A stretch of 64,000 nt of DNA from Candidatus Saccharimonadales bacterium (GTDB taxonomy: Bacteria > Patescibacteriota > Saccharimonadia > Saccharimonadales > Saccharimonadaceae), in contig JBAQQX010000003.1 of assembly GCA_049295575.1 (NCBI GenBank), positions 35,519 to 99,518 on the forward strand. Reading direction: 5' to 3'. This document shows, one piece after another, positions 8,130 through 17,605 of this stretch. A program made the translations under genes and the position numbers. The notes beneath the pieces were generated by a model. The model was not told the DNA's origin, did no database searches, and was given only the letters and a program-made list of their open reading frames with translations. Each line of letters opens with the position of its first letter. Position 1 is the first letter of the stretch.

Positions 8130-9953
8130 TTAGCTTTTCGAGTTGCGCTTTCGCTGATTTGGATCAAGGAAACGCTTTCGAAGGCGAAGTGACTTTGGCG
8201 TTACTTCAAGTAGTTCATCGTCTTCGATAAAGTCGATTGACTGCTCAAGGCTTAGGTCAGTAAATGGCGTCAGCTGTACGGTACCATCACTTGATGATGT
8301 ACGCATGTTTGTCAGCTGCTTCCCACGACAGACGTTCACATCAAGGTCGCCTTGGCGGTTATATACACCGACGATCATACCCTGGTAGACAACGGTGCCT
8401 GGGCCAACGAATAGTTCACCACGAGCCGAAGCGGTATCAAGTGCATATGCAGTAGTCGAACCAGCTTCAGTGGCAATCAAAGCGCCGTTACGAACTTGTT
8501 GCAATTTCGCACCAAGTGGCTGGTAGCCGTGTGGCAAGCTGTTCATGATAATTGTACCCTTCGTCGCCGTCAAAAGAAGGTTACGAAGACCAATCATGGC
8601 ACGAGTTGGCAAGATATACGTCGTACGAGTTGTACCAGCGCTCGTCTGCTCTTGCTTAAGGAGTGTTGCTCGACGAGTACCGAGCTCTTGACTGACCGCA
8701 CCAAGGAATTCGGCGCCAACTTCAACAAGCAGTTCTTCAACTGGCTCTTTGACGATACCATCTTCTTCAATCGTCACAGCCTGAGGACGACCGACTTCAA
8801 ATTCAAAGTCTTCACGGCGAAGCGTTTCAATAAGGACTGAAAGATGCAGCTCGCCACGACCCGATACAACAAAGCCAATGCCTTCGTCACGAACACGTAG
8901 CGACACGTTCGTTTCAAGCTCCTGGCGGAGACGATCGCCAATCTGACGACTGGTATTATACTTGGCTTCTTTACCCTTCATTGGGCTGGTGTTTGGACCA
9001 AGATACATACTGAGCGTTGGCGCTTCGATATCAATCACCGGCAAAGCTTCAGGCTGGTCTTTATCTGCAATCGTTTCACCGATATGTGCATCGGCGATAC
9101 CAGTAAGAGCAACGATGTCACCCGCACCAGCTTCATCGATCTCTTCTCGGTTAAGACCACGGTAACCAAAAACCTTATCGATCTTAGCGTTCACGAGCGT
9201 ACCATCGCGTTTAATAAGAACAACTGACTGCGCTTTTTTAATATCACCACGCGTAATACGACCAATGGCATATTTACCAAGGAAAGAATCGTACTGAAGT
9301 GATGTCACGAGCAGCTGGAATGGCTTGTTAACTTCAACAGTCGGGGCTGGAATGTCGTTAATAATAGCATCAAAGACTGGTGTCAAATCAGCGTGCTCAG
9401 CAGTGTTGTCTGGCAAATGTGTCCAGGCTTTACCGTCACGACCAATGGCGTAGTAGACAGGGTAATGCAGCTGGCTGTCATCGATAGCAAGTTCCAAGAA
9501 AAGATCAGACACTTCGTCGATCACTTCGTCGATACGACGAGAAGGCTTATCGATCTTGTTAATAATCACGACTGGCTTAAGGCCTAGTTCAAGCGCTTTT
9601 GACAAAACAAACTTGGTCTGTGGCATTGGACCTTCTTGAGCGTCAACAACAAGAAGTACACCGTCAGCCATGTTAAGCGTTCGCTCAACTTCACCTGAGA
9701 AGTCGGCGTGACCTGGAGTGTCGATAATATTGATTTTATAATCACCGTGGTAGATCGATGTCTGCTTAGCTGTGATTGTAATACCACGCTCATGCTCTTG
9801 ATCACCGCTATCCATAATAAGATCCTGGCTCATTTCAGCCTGGTTGTCACGGAAGGTGTTACTTTGCTTTAGTAGCCCGTCCACCATAGTTGTTTTACCA
9901 TGGTCAACGTGGGCGATAATCGCAATATTGCGAATAAATTTTGGGTCTGTCAT
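8130..9953 (-). CDS. typA: Translational GTPase TypA/BipA
   Basis: G-domain AHVDHGKTT, DTPGH and NKID motifs, with full-length similarity to the BipA architecture. Confidence 0.95.
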   Translation of the reverse strand: MTDPKFIRNIAIIAHVDHGKTTMVDGLLKQSNTFRDNQAEMSQDLIMDSGDQEHERGITITAKQTSIYHGDYKINIIDTPGHADFSGEVERTLNMADGVLLVVDAQEGPMPQTKFVLSKALELGLKPVVIINKIDKPSRRIDEVIDEVSDLFLELAIDDSQLHYPVYYAIGRDGKAWTHLPDNTAEHADLTPVFDAIINDIPAPTVEVNKPFQLLVTSLQYDSFLGKYAIGRITRGDIKKAQSVVLIKRDGTLVNAKIDKVFGYRGLNREEIDEAGAGDIVALTGIADAHIGETIADKDQPEALPVIDIEAPTLSMYLGPNTSPMKGKEAKYNTSRQIGDRLRQELETNVSLRVRDEGIGFVVSGRGELHLSVLIETLRREDFEFEVGRPQAVTIEEDGIVKEPVEELLVEVGAEFLGAVSQELGTRRATLLKQEQTSAGTTRTTYILPTRAMIGLRNLLLTATKGTIIMNSLPHGYQPLGAKLQQVRNGALIATEAGSTTAYALDTASARGELFVGPGTVVYQGMIVGVYNRQGDLDVNVCRGKQLTNMRTSSSDGTVQLTPFTDLSLEQSIDFIEDDELLEVTPKSLRLRKRFLDPNQRKRNSKS

Positions 9954-10072
9954 AAAAATATGCCCATTTCTGACGGGCTTCCTTTACCTGTATTGTAACA
10001 GATATGAGGGGTTATTTCAAGGGCGAGCAGACCAAAAATAAAAGAGCGATCAAATGATCACTCTATTTATCA

Positions 10073-10159
10073 TGGTGCGCGAAAGAGGACTTGAACCTCC
10101 ACGTCCCGAAGGACACCAGCCCCTCAAGCTGACGCGTCTACCAATTCCGCCATTCGCGC
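10073..10159 (-). tRNA. tRNA-Leu (anticodon GAG), long variable arm, CCA encoded
   Basis: Minus strand: GCGCGAATGGCGGAATTGGTAGACGCGTCAGCTTGAGGGGCTGGTGTCCTTCGGGACGTGGAGGTTCAAGTCCTCTTTCGCGCACCA. Confidence 0.92.
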
Positions 10160-10194
10160 ATAAGGGTGTTGTTACTCGAACGATTATAGCGAGC

Positions 10195-11985
10195 TTACGG
10201 CGTTTTGTAAACAGTTGCACGGTCGGCCGTCCAGTACAAAACATCGGCATAGCGATCACGAGTGGAGATGAGCTGCATCTCAGGATTCATAGACTGGCTT
10301 GTCTTAGCATGGACGTAGTAGGTGACTGGCTGATAAAGCCCTATTGCTGGCACGTCCTGCAGCCACTGCTTTGCAAAGCTTATATATTTAGCGTTACGCA
10401 GCTGCGGGTCTGTGCTAGAGGCAGCACTTGAGAGCGCCTCGTCAGCAACCGCATCGGCGTAGCTCGACAAGTTCAGTAGTCGCTGAGAACTCTGCGAGGA
10501 GTGCCAGAAAGGATAGACATTAAGGTCAGCGCCAATTTCAAGTGTATACAGCAAAGCATCAAAGTTTCGACTCTGGAGACGCTCGGATACGGTCCGGTCT
10601 GTCGGATCAAGCACCTCGGCATCCACCGATACGCCAATTGCTCGCCACTGCCGAGCAATGGTCTCGAGTGCTTTTTCATAGCCCGTACCCTTTAGCGTTG
10701 TAATGCGCAGCTGGAGCGGCTGACCATCTTTAATTCGCTTACCGTCGGCCTGTTTTAACCAGCCAGCCTTCTCAAGCATATCGGCCGCCTTGGTTGCATC
10801 AGACTCAGGTCGAGTTGGTATATCATTGCCAGTTAGCTGACCTGTAATAAACGGTAAATCAAGTGCAGATACATCGGGTGACACTGCCTTTCGAACATCA
10901 TCTACGTTCGTTCCAACCTGAAGTGCTCGGCGGACGGCTACGTCCTTCAAAGCTCCCTGCTTGGTATTAAAGAAGGCGTATACACCGTTATTTATTGGCC
11001 GTGAAATAACGCTGTAGCGCTTCGTATCGATTGACGAAATTGAATCTGCTGCAATGTCGGCTGCGGCGTTTACTTCGCTCGTGCGCAGCGCCATGGCGAT
11101 TGCGTCAGTCGTATTGTATACGTGCAGCTGGAAGCGAGACAGCTTCGGAGCTCCCCTGTAGTAATCCTTATTTGCGGACATATGTGCAATCTTTCGTCCA
11201 TTTGCCGAATCGACTATTTGCAGTAATCGAATGCGAAATGGCCCACTGCCAACAGGAGACTGACCGAAGCCGTTCTCGCGCAGTAAGTTTGGAGCAATGT
11301 CGCCGAGGAGGTGCTTCGGCAAGACCGAGAAAGTCAATGCATGTGAGAAGGCGGCGATTGGCCCTGGAAGCGTGAACGTTACAGTAAAATCATCGACTGC
11401 CTTGACACTAATCCCTTGCCAACCCTTAATCACACTGCGTGTTAGCGGGTTTTTTAAAAGATCTGCTGTAAAGACAATATCCTTTGCCGTTAGTCGTGTT
11501 CCATCGTGCCATTTAGCATCTTCGCGTAGTGATACCGTATAGACCGTCCCCTCGGGATTGACGGTCATTTTGCGAGCGAGGTCACCGCGCAAGTTGCCCG
11601 TATCATCATAATCGTACAGACTCGAGAAGAGGAGCTTGCTCGCCGAATACTCGGCACTCGTCGTCGCATAGAGGGGATTGAGCGTATCAAGAGGCCCAAG
11701 CGACGCTTCGGCGTAAGTACCACCAGCTGCTGGCGCATCCGTGCTATAACTCCGCTGAAACCAGTTGAGCTGAATACCGACACCGGCAATTAATAGCCCA
11801 ATAAGCACAAGCCAGCCAATCACATGGCGTCGAACGCTACGGATATTTTCCCAGCGGTGAATAATAAACTTATGAGCATGACGGAGCGTTGCGCCTTCGG
11901 CCTTTTTGGCACGTTTTGAAAGCTTCTTACTGTTGAAGTTCAGCTGCTGAAATTGTCGCCACGACTTACGTTTTTCTTCGGCCAC
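10195..11985 (-). CDS. ABC-transporter substrate-binding protein, family 5 (peptide/nickel type), membrane-anchored
   Basis: N-terminal TM helix, then the SBP_bac_5 pattern (..WHDG..LTAKDVVFT.., DYYRG.PKL). GTG start with SD AAGGGG. No permease or ATPase genes are adjacent. Confidence 0.8.
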   Translation of the reverse strand: MAEEKRKSWRQFQQLNFNSKKLSKRAKKAEGATLRHAHKFIIHRWENIRSVRRHVIGWLVLIGLLIAGVGIQLNWFQRSYSTDAPAAGGTYAEASLGPLDTLNPLYATTSAEYSASKLLFSSLYDYDDTGNLRGDLARKMTVNPEGTVYTVSLREDAKWHDGTRLTAKDIVFTADLLKNPLTRSVIKGWQGISVKAVDDFTVTFTLPGPIAAFSHALTFSVLPKHLLGDIAPNLLRENGFGQSPVGSGPFRIRLLQIVDSANGRKIAHMSANKDYYRGAPKLSRFQLHVYNTTDAIAMALRTSEVNAAADIAADSISSIDTKRYSVISRPINNGVYAFFNTKQGALKDVAVRRALQVGTNVDDVRKAVSPDVSALDLPFITGQLTGNDIPTRPESDATKAADMLEKAGWLKQADGKRIKDGQPLQLRITTLKGTGYEKALETIARQWRAIGVSVDAEVLDPTDRTVSERLQSRNFDALLYTLEIGADLNVYPFWHSSQSSQRLLNLSSYADAVADEALSSAASSTDPQLRNAKYISFAKQWLQDVPAIGLYQPVTYYVHAKTSQSMNPEMQLISTRDRYADVLYWTADRATVYKTP

Positions 11986-11996
11986 AGTGCTGCCCC

Positions 11997-12233
11997 TTAC
12001 AAGTTAAATAGTGGAAGTAATAGACCAGCAAGGATAGAGAAAATAAAAATCACTGCGAGTACAATCGTTGCTTCGAACAGATTTTTATCAAGTCCACGAC
12101 GCGTCGTATAGAGCTCACCAGAACTACCAAAACCCGCACCGAGTGATGCGCCACGCTGCTGTAGCAGGATAGCTAAAATCATCAAGATTGCCGAACCAAT
12201 AGTGATGAACTGAAGGATGATATTGATATTCAT
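11997..12233 (-). CDS. secG: Preprotein translocase subunit SecG
   Basis: 78 aa with two TM helices and the LLQ.G.....GFG motif (ILLQQRGASLGAGFGSSG). Confidence 0.85.
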   Translation of the reverse strand: MNINIILQFITIGSAILMILAILLQQRGASLGAGFGSSGELYTTRRGLDKNLFEATIVLAVIFIFSILAGLLLPLFNL

Positions 12234-12628
12234 GATGTCTCCCTTTGCGAACGAGTGTTATAGTGCAATTCCATAATGCTACTTACTATATAGTTTAACA
12301 GACTTAGGACCATTCCTGTAAGAACAGAGTGCCAGAAGGTCATATGGATGCCTGGCGCTAGCGCCAGAGACCAGTACACCATTAGTCCATTAACGATGAG
12401 TGTAAAGAGCCCTAGAGTAACCAGGATTGCTGGTAGTGACAGAATAATAACAATCGGACGAAGTACGCTGTTGATTAGTGAGAAGATTAACCCAGCCAAT
12501 ACAAACGCCCAAAAACCAGCCGTCAACTGATCGTCACTATATCCGGTGCCAAACAGACGAACCGCTACCCACAGTCCGAACGAGTTAAATGCCCATCGAA
12601 CCAAAAAAAGCACAAATTGTTTTTTCAT
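12230..12628 (-). CDS. Four-TM membrane protein of the holin-superfamily-IV / YvlD (DUF360) type
   Basis: 132 aa with four hydrophobic helices. The N.....V...PG motif layout is typical of PF04020. ATGA overlap with secG. Confidence 0.6.
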   Translation of the reverse strand: MKKQFVLFLVRWAFNSFGLWVAVRLFGTGYSDDQLTAGFWAFVLAGLIFSLINSVLRPIVIILSLPAILVTLGLFTLIVNGLMVYWSLALAPGIHMTFWHSVLTGMVLSLLNYIVSSIMELHYNTRSQRETS

Positions 12629-12651
12629 AATACTTCCCGTAGTATACCAAT

Positions 12652-13872
12652 CTAGCTTATGTCTGTCGAGAGACGCGCACTCAAGTTGGAATACCCTTTA
12701 TCTGTAATTAAGATGTCATCTTCGATGCGTACGCCAATTCCCTCTTCTGGAATGTAAATACCCGGCTCAACCGTCAACACCATTCCCGGTTGCAAGTAGC
12801 GAGGGGCCCCAAGACTGTCATGAACATCAACCCCAAGCCCATGACTGATCGCGTGGGGGAAATAGGTTCGATACGCCGTATCGTCGTGCTCGTCTTTCAT
12901 AAGGCCAAGTGATAGTAGTGCCCGCTTCATAATGACGTCCACATCACGGTGATAGTGCTCAACGGTCAGATTAGGCGCGAGCAAGGCGATAATTTGCTGC
13001 TGCGCGCTTTGCACCGCTGCATGTACGTCACGCTGACGTTTTGTCGGCTCGTCAATTGCGTACGTACGGGTGATATCAGCAGCATAGCCAGCCGATTGCG
13101 CACCAATATCAAGCAGTAGTAGCTGGCGCCTTTTAAGCTTACTGCTATTATCAACGTAATGCAGGGTGCATGCATTGCTGCCAACGGCGACAATTGGATC
13201 ATACGCGTGGCCTCGGGAACCGTGACGTCGGAAGTAATAACTAAACTCCGCTTCAACTTCGTACTCACTCCGCAGCTCAGGTAGCTTTTGCTTAACAGAC
13301 TCAAAGGCATCAACCGTTAAACTAATCGCCTGTTTCATGGCTGCAATCTCTTGAGGCTGCTTGATGGCGCGCAGCTGCGCTATCGTACTTCGACAGTCCT
13401 GGACTGATGTGAAGGTACGACTCAGTACATCATGCAGTTTCTTAGTCGCTGGGTTTAATACAAAATCAAAGTCTTCAGCATGAGGCTGGTCACCGAGTGC
13501 ATAAACAGTGCTGTGCTTTTTCGAAAGGTCGCCCAGAAGCTCAAGCGCCTCAGCATGTGTAATAACGGCAGTAACGCCGCTCACCGACAAGGCCTGCTCG
13601 GGAGATAAGCTACCGTCAAATATTTGATGCGCCTGACTAATCGTTGGCGCGGCTAGCCAACTTTTGCCACGACTACCATCAACGATCAACCACCAATCAG
13701 GCGATTCAATACCCGTTAACCACCAGAAATTTGCCTCTTGCTCAAAGGCAAATGACATATCGTTGCGCCGCTGCATCTGGGAATACCCCGTCATAACAAC
13801 CACGCCACCGTCTAATTTAGCGACGAGGCGAGCACGATTGGCAATAAAAAGATCAGTCATTACTTTTATCAT
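12652..13872 (-). CDS. Xaa-Pro aminopeptidase (M24B)
   Basis: Creatinase-like N-domain plus the M24 metal ligands (D.G....GY..D.TRT, HG.GH..G..VHD, EPG.Y, R.ED). Confidence 0.88.
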   Translation of the reverse strand: MIKVMTDLFIANRARLVAKLDGGVVVMTGYSQMQRRNDMSFAFEQEANFWWLTGIESPDWWLIVDGSRGKSWLAAPTISQAHQIFDGSLSPEQALSVSGVTAVITHAEALELLGDLSKKHSTVYALGDQPHAEDFDFVLNPATKKLHDVLSRTFTSVQDCRSTIAQLRAIKQPQEIAAMKQAISLTVDAFESVKQKLPELRSEYEVEAEFSYYFRRHGSRGHAYDPIVAVGSNACTLHYVDNSSKLKRRQLLLLDIGAQSAGYAADITRTYAIDEPTKRQRDVHAAVQSAQQQIIALLAPNLTVEHYHRDVDVIMKRALLSLGLMKDEHDDTAYRTYFPHAISHGLGVDVHDSLGAPRYLQPGMVLTVEPGIYIPEEGIGVRIEDDILITDKGYSNLSARLSTDIS

Positions 13873-13896
13873 ATAATATCTACTGACATCTCAACA

Positions 13897-14529
13897 TTAT
13901 TTTACTGTAACGTAGTGGTTCATGCCGTAGCGAGTACCCCAGTCTTCGTTGACTCCACTAAAGCCAGGCAGTGTGCCAGTGTCGCATAGGTTATCAATCG
14001 TACTATTATCGCTTGGCTTTGTTTCCAGTCGAGCCATGATATACGTCACCTTCACACCATTCTTACTGCAGGTTGCCTTCATGTATGCTTTTGCTGGTAC
14101 ACCAAGGCTACCAGATCCACAACTACCTCCAGAATCCCACCTACAACCTGATGGATCGACAAAATCTGAGCTACTAGATAGTACCTTGGCATTTTTCAAA
14201 CACTCTACGATTGATGTCGCCATATAGTCCGAAAGATCAGTCGTATTTGCCACTATCCAACCGTTGCCACTACCACTAAGAGCTGTCTTACTTGAGCCGC
14301 AGCCCTCACCTGATTCAATATAACTATTCTTCTGAATAGCGTACGCACTAAGAGCGGCCGCCACTTGCTGTACATCATTCTTGCGAACATCATCGCGGTT
14401 TCGCGTTTGGTAGCCGGGATACGCAACGAGTACAATCAGTGCCAAGATGCCAATAACAGCGATCACAACCACTAGTTCAACGATCGTAAATCCAGATTTT
14501 TTTGTTTGTATCATGTTCAAGTTAGTCAT
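13897..14529 (-). CDS. Type IV pilin-like protein
   Basis: KKSGFTIVELVVVIAVIGILALIVLVAYPGY prepilin N-terminus, with a Cys-rich C-terminal globular part. Confidence 0.8.
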   Translation of the reverse strand: MTNLNMIQTKKSGFTIVELVVVIAVIGILALIVLVAYPGYQTRNRDDVRKNDVQQVAAALSAYAIQKNSYIESGEGCGSSKTALSGSGNGWIVANTTDLSDYMATSIVECLKNAKVLSSSSDFVDPSGCRWDSGGSCGSGSLGVPAKAYMKATCSKNGVKVTYIMARLETKPSDNSTIDNLCDTGTLPGFSGVNEDWGTRYGMNHYVTVK

Positions 14530-14585
14530 TCTATCTAAGTCACGCTCTTATAGACTTTATATCTGTCGCCACTATAGCATAAGCG

Positions 14586-16145
14586 TTACTTAGCGAGCAA
14601 ATACTGAGCGAGAAGTTGTGCTTTTGCTGGCCCGATAGACGCAGCAAGCGCCTCAGGTGTCGCCTGACGAACTCCTTGCAGGCTGCCAAACGTGCGAATA
14701 AGCTTCTTTCGTGTCGTTGGCCCGATACCTGGAATATCCTCCAGGCTACTTGCAGTCTGCTTTTGACGCTTAAGTACCGTATGGTAGCTGACGGCAAAGC
14801 GATGCGACTCATCACGGATACGCTGGAATAGCTTCACAATGTCGGTATATTGCGCCTGGATAGGCGCGCCTCCGCGCAGGTTACCGGAGTGCGATCCAGC
14901 ATTACGCTGACCCGCATGAAGATTGACGATATAGTACTCACCTTGCCGCACTACAGATATACCAGGCTCGGACACATTCACGAGATCCGCCAGTATTGAG
15001 GCATCGACATGCGAGCGCGCGCTATGAATAACAATTTCCTCTTCGCGCTTCGCCACGCTCACGGCTGGAATAGCCAGTCCGCGCTCCTCAAGTGCCCGCA
15101 GTGCCGCATCAAGCTGCCCCTTACCGCCGTCGATCAGTAGCAGGTCTGGCATGCCCCAACTCTTGAGGTTTTTCTCGCTCGTTCGACGCCATATCGTCTC
15201 GTACATACTGGCGTAGTCATCGTTTTGCTGCTTGGTCATCTTAAACTTACGATAGTTCGCTCGGTCACTGACACCGTTACTAAATACCACCATGCTTGCG
15301 ACAACGTTCGTCCCGCTCATATGTGAAATATCATATCCCTCAATTCGGGCCGGAGTCTTAGCAAGTCCAAGTAAGTCACGTAAATGGCTCAGCGCCTTGT
15401 CTTTACTTATATCCAAAAATTCCTTATCTCCGAACATAATTCGACGCTGCAGTTCGCGCAGGTCATTAAGTCTATTGCGCAGCAGTGCTGCATTTTCAAA
15501 ATCATGCAGCTTAGCAGCTTGTCGCATTTCTTTTTCAAGCTCTCGAGCCAATGCTTTTCGTCCGCCTTCAAAATAGCGAATCAGCTTACGGAGCGTCGCC
15601 TTGTATTCATCGCTCGACACGCCAGGTCGTGGACTCAGGCCGATATGTGAATCGAGATCAGGACGCTCTCCGTCCCTAGGTACTTTGGTGTAATACGGAA
15701 AAATCTTTCGTAAGTAGCGAAGAGCTTTTTTGACCGCATAGCCATTGTAGTATGGACCGTAGTATTCCGCGCCGTCATCTGCCGGATTACGCGTAAATGC
15801 AACATGCGGCCATGTATTTTTCATGTCGATTCGCACAAACAATTGAGACTTATCATCCCGCAGCAATATATTGTAGCGCGGCATATAGCGCTTAACCATC
15901 TCGCTCTCAAGAAACAGCGCATCGATCTCACTCTCAGTCTCAATCCAATCGGTATCGTGTATCTCGGCGACGAGGGCACGGGTTTTTATATCCATATCGC
16001 GAGTACTTTGGAAATACTGTCGGACGCGGTTCTTTAAAACAGCAGCTTTGCCAACGTAAATAACTTCACCAGACGTGTCTTTGTGAAAATATACACCACT
16101 ACTTCTTGGCAATGTCTTTAGTTTGGCTTCAAGCGCTGCATTCAT
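14586..16145 (-). CDS. uvrC: Excinuclease ABC subunit C (short form, 519 aa)
   Basis: GIY-YIG N-terminus (GVYFH.D..GEVIYVGKA..L..R), UVR motif, RNase-H-like endonuclease domain and C-terminal (HhH)2 (IPGIGP...KL...FGS). Confidence 0.92.
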   Translation of the reverse strand: MNAALEAKLKTLPRSSGVYFHKDTSGEVIYVGKAAVLKNRVRQYFQSTRDMDIKTRALVAEIHDTDWIETESEIDALFLESEMVKRYMPRYNILLRDDKSQLFVRIDMKNTWPHVAFTRNPADDGAEYYGPYYNGYAVKKALRYLRKIFPYYTKVPRDGERPDLDSHIGLSPRPGVSSDEYKATLRKLIRYFEGGRKALARELEKEMRQAAKLHDFENAALLRNRLNDLRELQRRIMFGDKEFLDISKDKALSHLRDLLGLAKTPARIEGYDISHMSGTNVVASMVVFSNGVSDRANYRKFKMTKQQNDDYASMYETIWRRTSEKNLKSWGMPDLLLIDGGKGQLDAALRALEERGLAIPAVSVAKREEEIVIHSARSHVDASILADLVNVSEPGISVVRQGEYYIVNLHAGQRNAGSHSGNLRGGAPIQAQYTDIVKLFQRIRDESHRFAVSYHTVLKRQKQTASSLEDIPGIGPTTRKKLIRTFGSLQGVRQATPEALAASIGPAKAQLLAQYLLAK

Positions 16146-16153
16146 CTGCCTAT

Positions 16154-16159
16154 ATTATA
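16154..16159 (-). promoter_or_regulatory. -10 box for uvrC (leaderless-type spacing)
   Basis: TATAAT on the minus strand, 8 nt before ATG 16145. Confidence 0.45.
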
Positions 16160-16191
16160 CCTCCTAGACTGATCCCCGGTAGCAAGTACGC

Positions 16192-16197
16192 TATACT
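16192..16197 (+). promoter_or_regulatory. -10 box for the SRAP gene (leaderless-type spacing)
   Basis: TATACT-AATAGT-ATG. The 6-nt spacer AATAGT is identical to the one at the csoR-like gene. Confidence 0.45.
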
Positions 16198-16203
16198 AAT
16201 AGT

Positions 16204-16905
16204 ATGAGTTCCCGATATGCCCTTTTTGAAATAGACAAACTTCGCGACCGCTTCGCTCTTGCCAGCGGCGTTCCAAAAGGCGTTAAGCCACACTACAATA
16301 TCAGCCCAGTTCAATCTGTGCCTGTGATCATATCTCGTGATGGCAAAAACGAGATGGAATTAATGAAATGGGGCTTCATTCCAAAAGGCGCGCCGAATGC
16401 AAATTCAGTCTTTCGTTATAAAACCTTTAGCGCTCGTTCGGAAGGCATTTTCGACAAACCAACTTGGCAGGTCGCTATCCGCTCGTCTCGCTGTCTTATT
16501 CCTGCAAATGGATTTTACGAATGGAAAACTACTGCTTCAGGCAAACAACCGTTTTACCTCCATGCAACCGACCAGCCTGTATTTGCCTTTGCAGGCCTCT
16601 ATAGCTCATGGACTGATCCCGACGGAAAAGAATGGGGCACCTGCTCGATCGTCACGACCAATTCCGGTGCCGAATCCGACATGACGCCGAGTCGTCTTCC
16701 GGTTATCGTACACCCCGACGATGAGGCCGACTGGCTTAATCCAGAGATTAGCGACATTAATACACTGTATCGAATTATGCGTCCGTACGATGCTGATCAG
16801 CTTGAAATAGTCAGAGTAGGCGACGATATTAACTCGGCAAAAATTGATAAACCACATCTTATTGTTAAAGTAGCCCCGACTACTGGGTCGCAGTCGAAAA
16901 AGTAA
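16204..16905 (+). CDS. SOS-response-associated peptidase (SRAP/YedK/HMCES family) homologue lacking the N-terminal catalytic Cys
   Basis: Family motifs YNISP, WGFIP, RCLIPANGFYEWK, KQPFY and FAFAGL are present, but the N-terminus is MSSRY rather than MCGR[FY]. Confidence 0.8.
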   Translation: MSSRYALFEIDKLRDRFALASGVPKGVKPHYNISPVQSVPVIISRDGKNEMELMKWGFIPKGAPNANSVFRYKTFSARSEGIFDKPTWQVAIRSSRCLIPANGFYEWKTTASGKQPFYLHATDQPVFAFAGLYSSWTDPDGKEWGTCSIVTTNSGAESDMTPSRLPVIVHPDDEADWLNPEISDINTLYRIMRPYDADQLEIVRVGDDINSAKIDKPHLIVKVAPTTGSQSKK

Positions 16906-17479
16906 TCGGGATCTCTATCTCGTCATCATTCTCAGGGAGACCTGATGGATTATCTTTTCGCAAAACCAATACGCCACTTCCGCCTGCGGAGGGAGCTTCG
17001 AATGTCAACGTAGATGAAAATGGCACGTAGTTATCTGTCATCCAATCGCCTTCGAGTCCCGCCACTGCTTGACCAATTGTCTTACGTGCTGGGTCTAAAA
17101 GAAGTACAGGAAAGCTAGCCTCGAATGACCAGCTACCCGGTATTTCACCTGCAAGCACGAGTGGACTTGAAATGACCTGACGCTCTGTCCAGTCATGAAG
17201 CCGCACAGTAACACCTTTTGGAGAGGTAAATTCACGGGTGGCAGTATTTACCCCGTCATTAGTCGGAGTTGTCGGTTCGGCATATGTCGTCCCATCTGGA
17301 ACTCGACACTGTCGAGGCGATGTCTGCGTGACGGGATTGCCGGCCGATACACAGCTAGCAAAATCCGTAACAGGCGCCTGCGATACCTCCCTCTCTCCAA
17401 GCAATACATAGGCTATCCAGCCCGCTAGTCCTAAGACTATAACTCCGATGATAATACTGACAACTTTTGCACTACGCAT
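16880..17479 (-). CDS. Membrane-anchored secreted protein with a Gmad2-type immunoglobulin-like domain
   Basis: N-terminal TM/signal anchor. The C-terminal part (EASFPVLLLD......GDWMT....PFSSTL.F........G.LVL.KDNPSG) resembles the Gmad2 Ig-like fold. The 3' end overlaps the SRAP gene by 26 nt, convergently. Confidence 0.55.
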   Translation of the reverse strand: MRSAKVVSIIIGVIVLGLAGWIAYVLLGEREVSQAPVTDFASCVSAGNPVTQTSPRQCRVPDGTTYAEPTTPTNDGVNTATREFTSPKGVTVRLHDWTERQVISSPLVLAGEIPGSWSFEASFPVLLLDPARKTIGQAVAGLEGDWMTDNYVPFSSTLTFEAPSAGGSGVLVLRKDNPSGLPENDDEIEIPITFSTATQ

Positions 17480-17605
17480 ATCACTGTCCTCCTCGAGTTA
17501 CACAATACTCTACCTCTATTATACGCTGGTTATGTGACCTATTCACTTGTTGTTTCTCCACCTCTGGAGTACGCTAAAAGCACGTAACTGGAGGGCACAA
17601 CTATT

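Noticed and set aside
12230-12628. The phage-holin label of the four-TM protein as a sign of a prophage
   Set aside because: The PF04020/YvlD-type family is widespread in non-phage contexts. Here the gene overlaps secG and has no phage genes around it.
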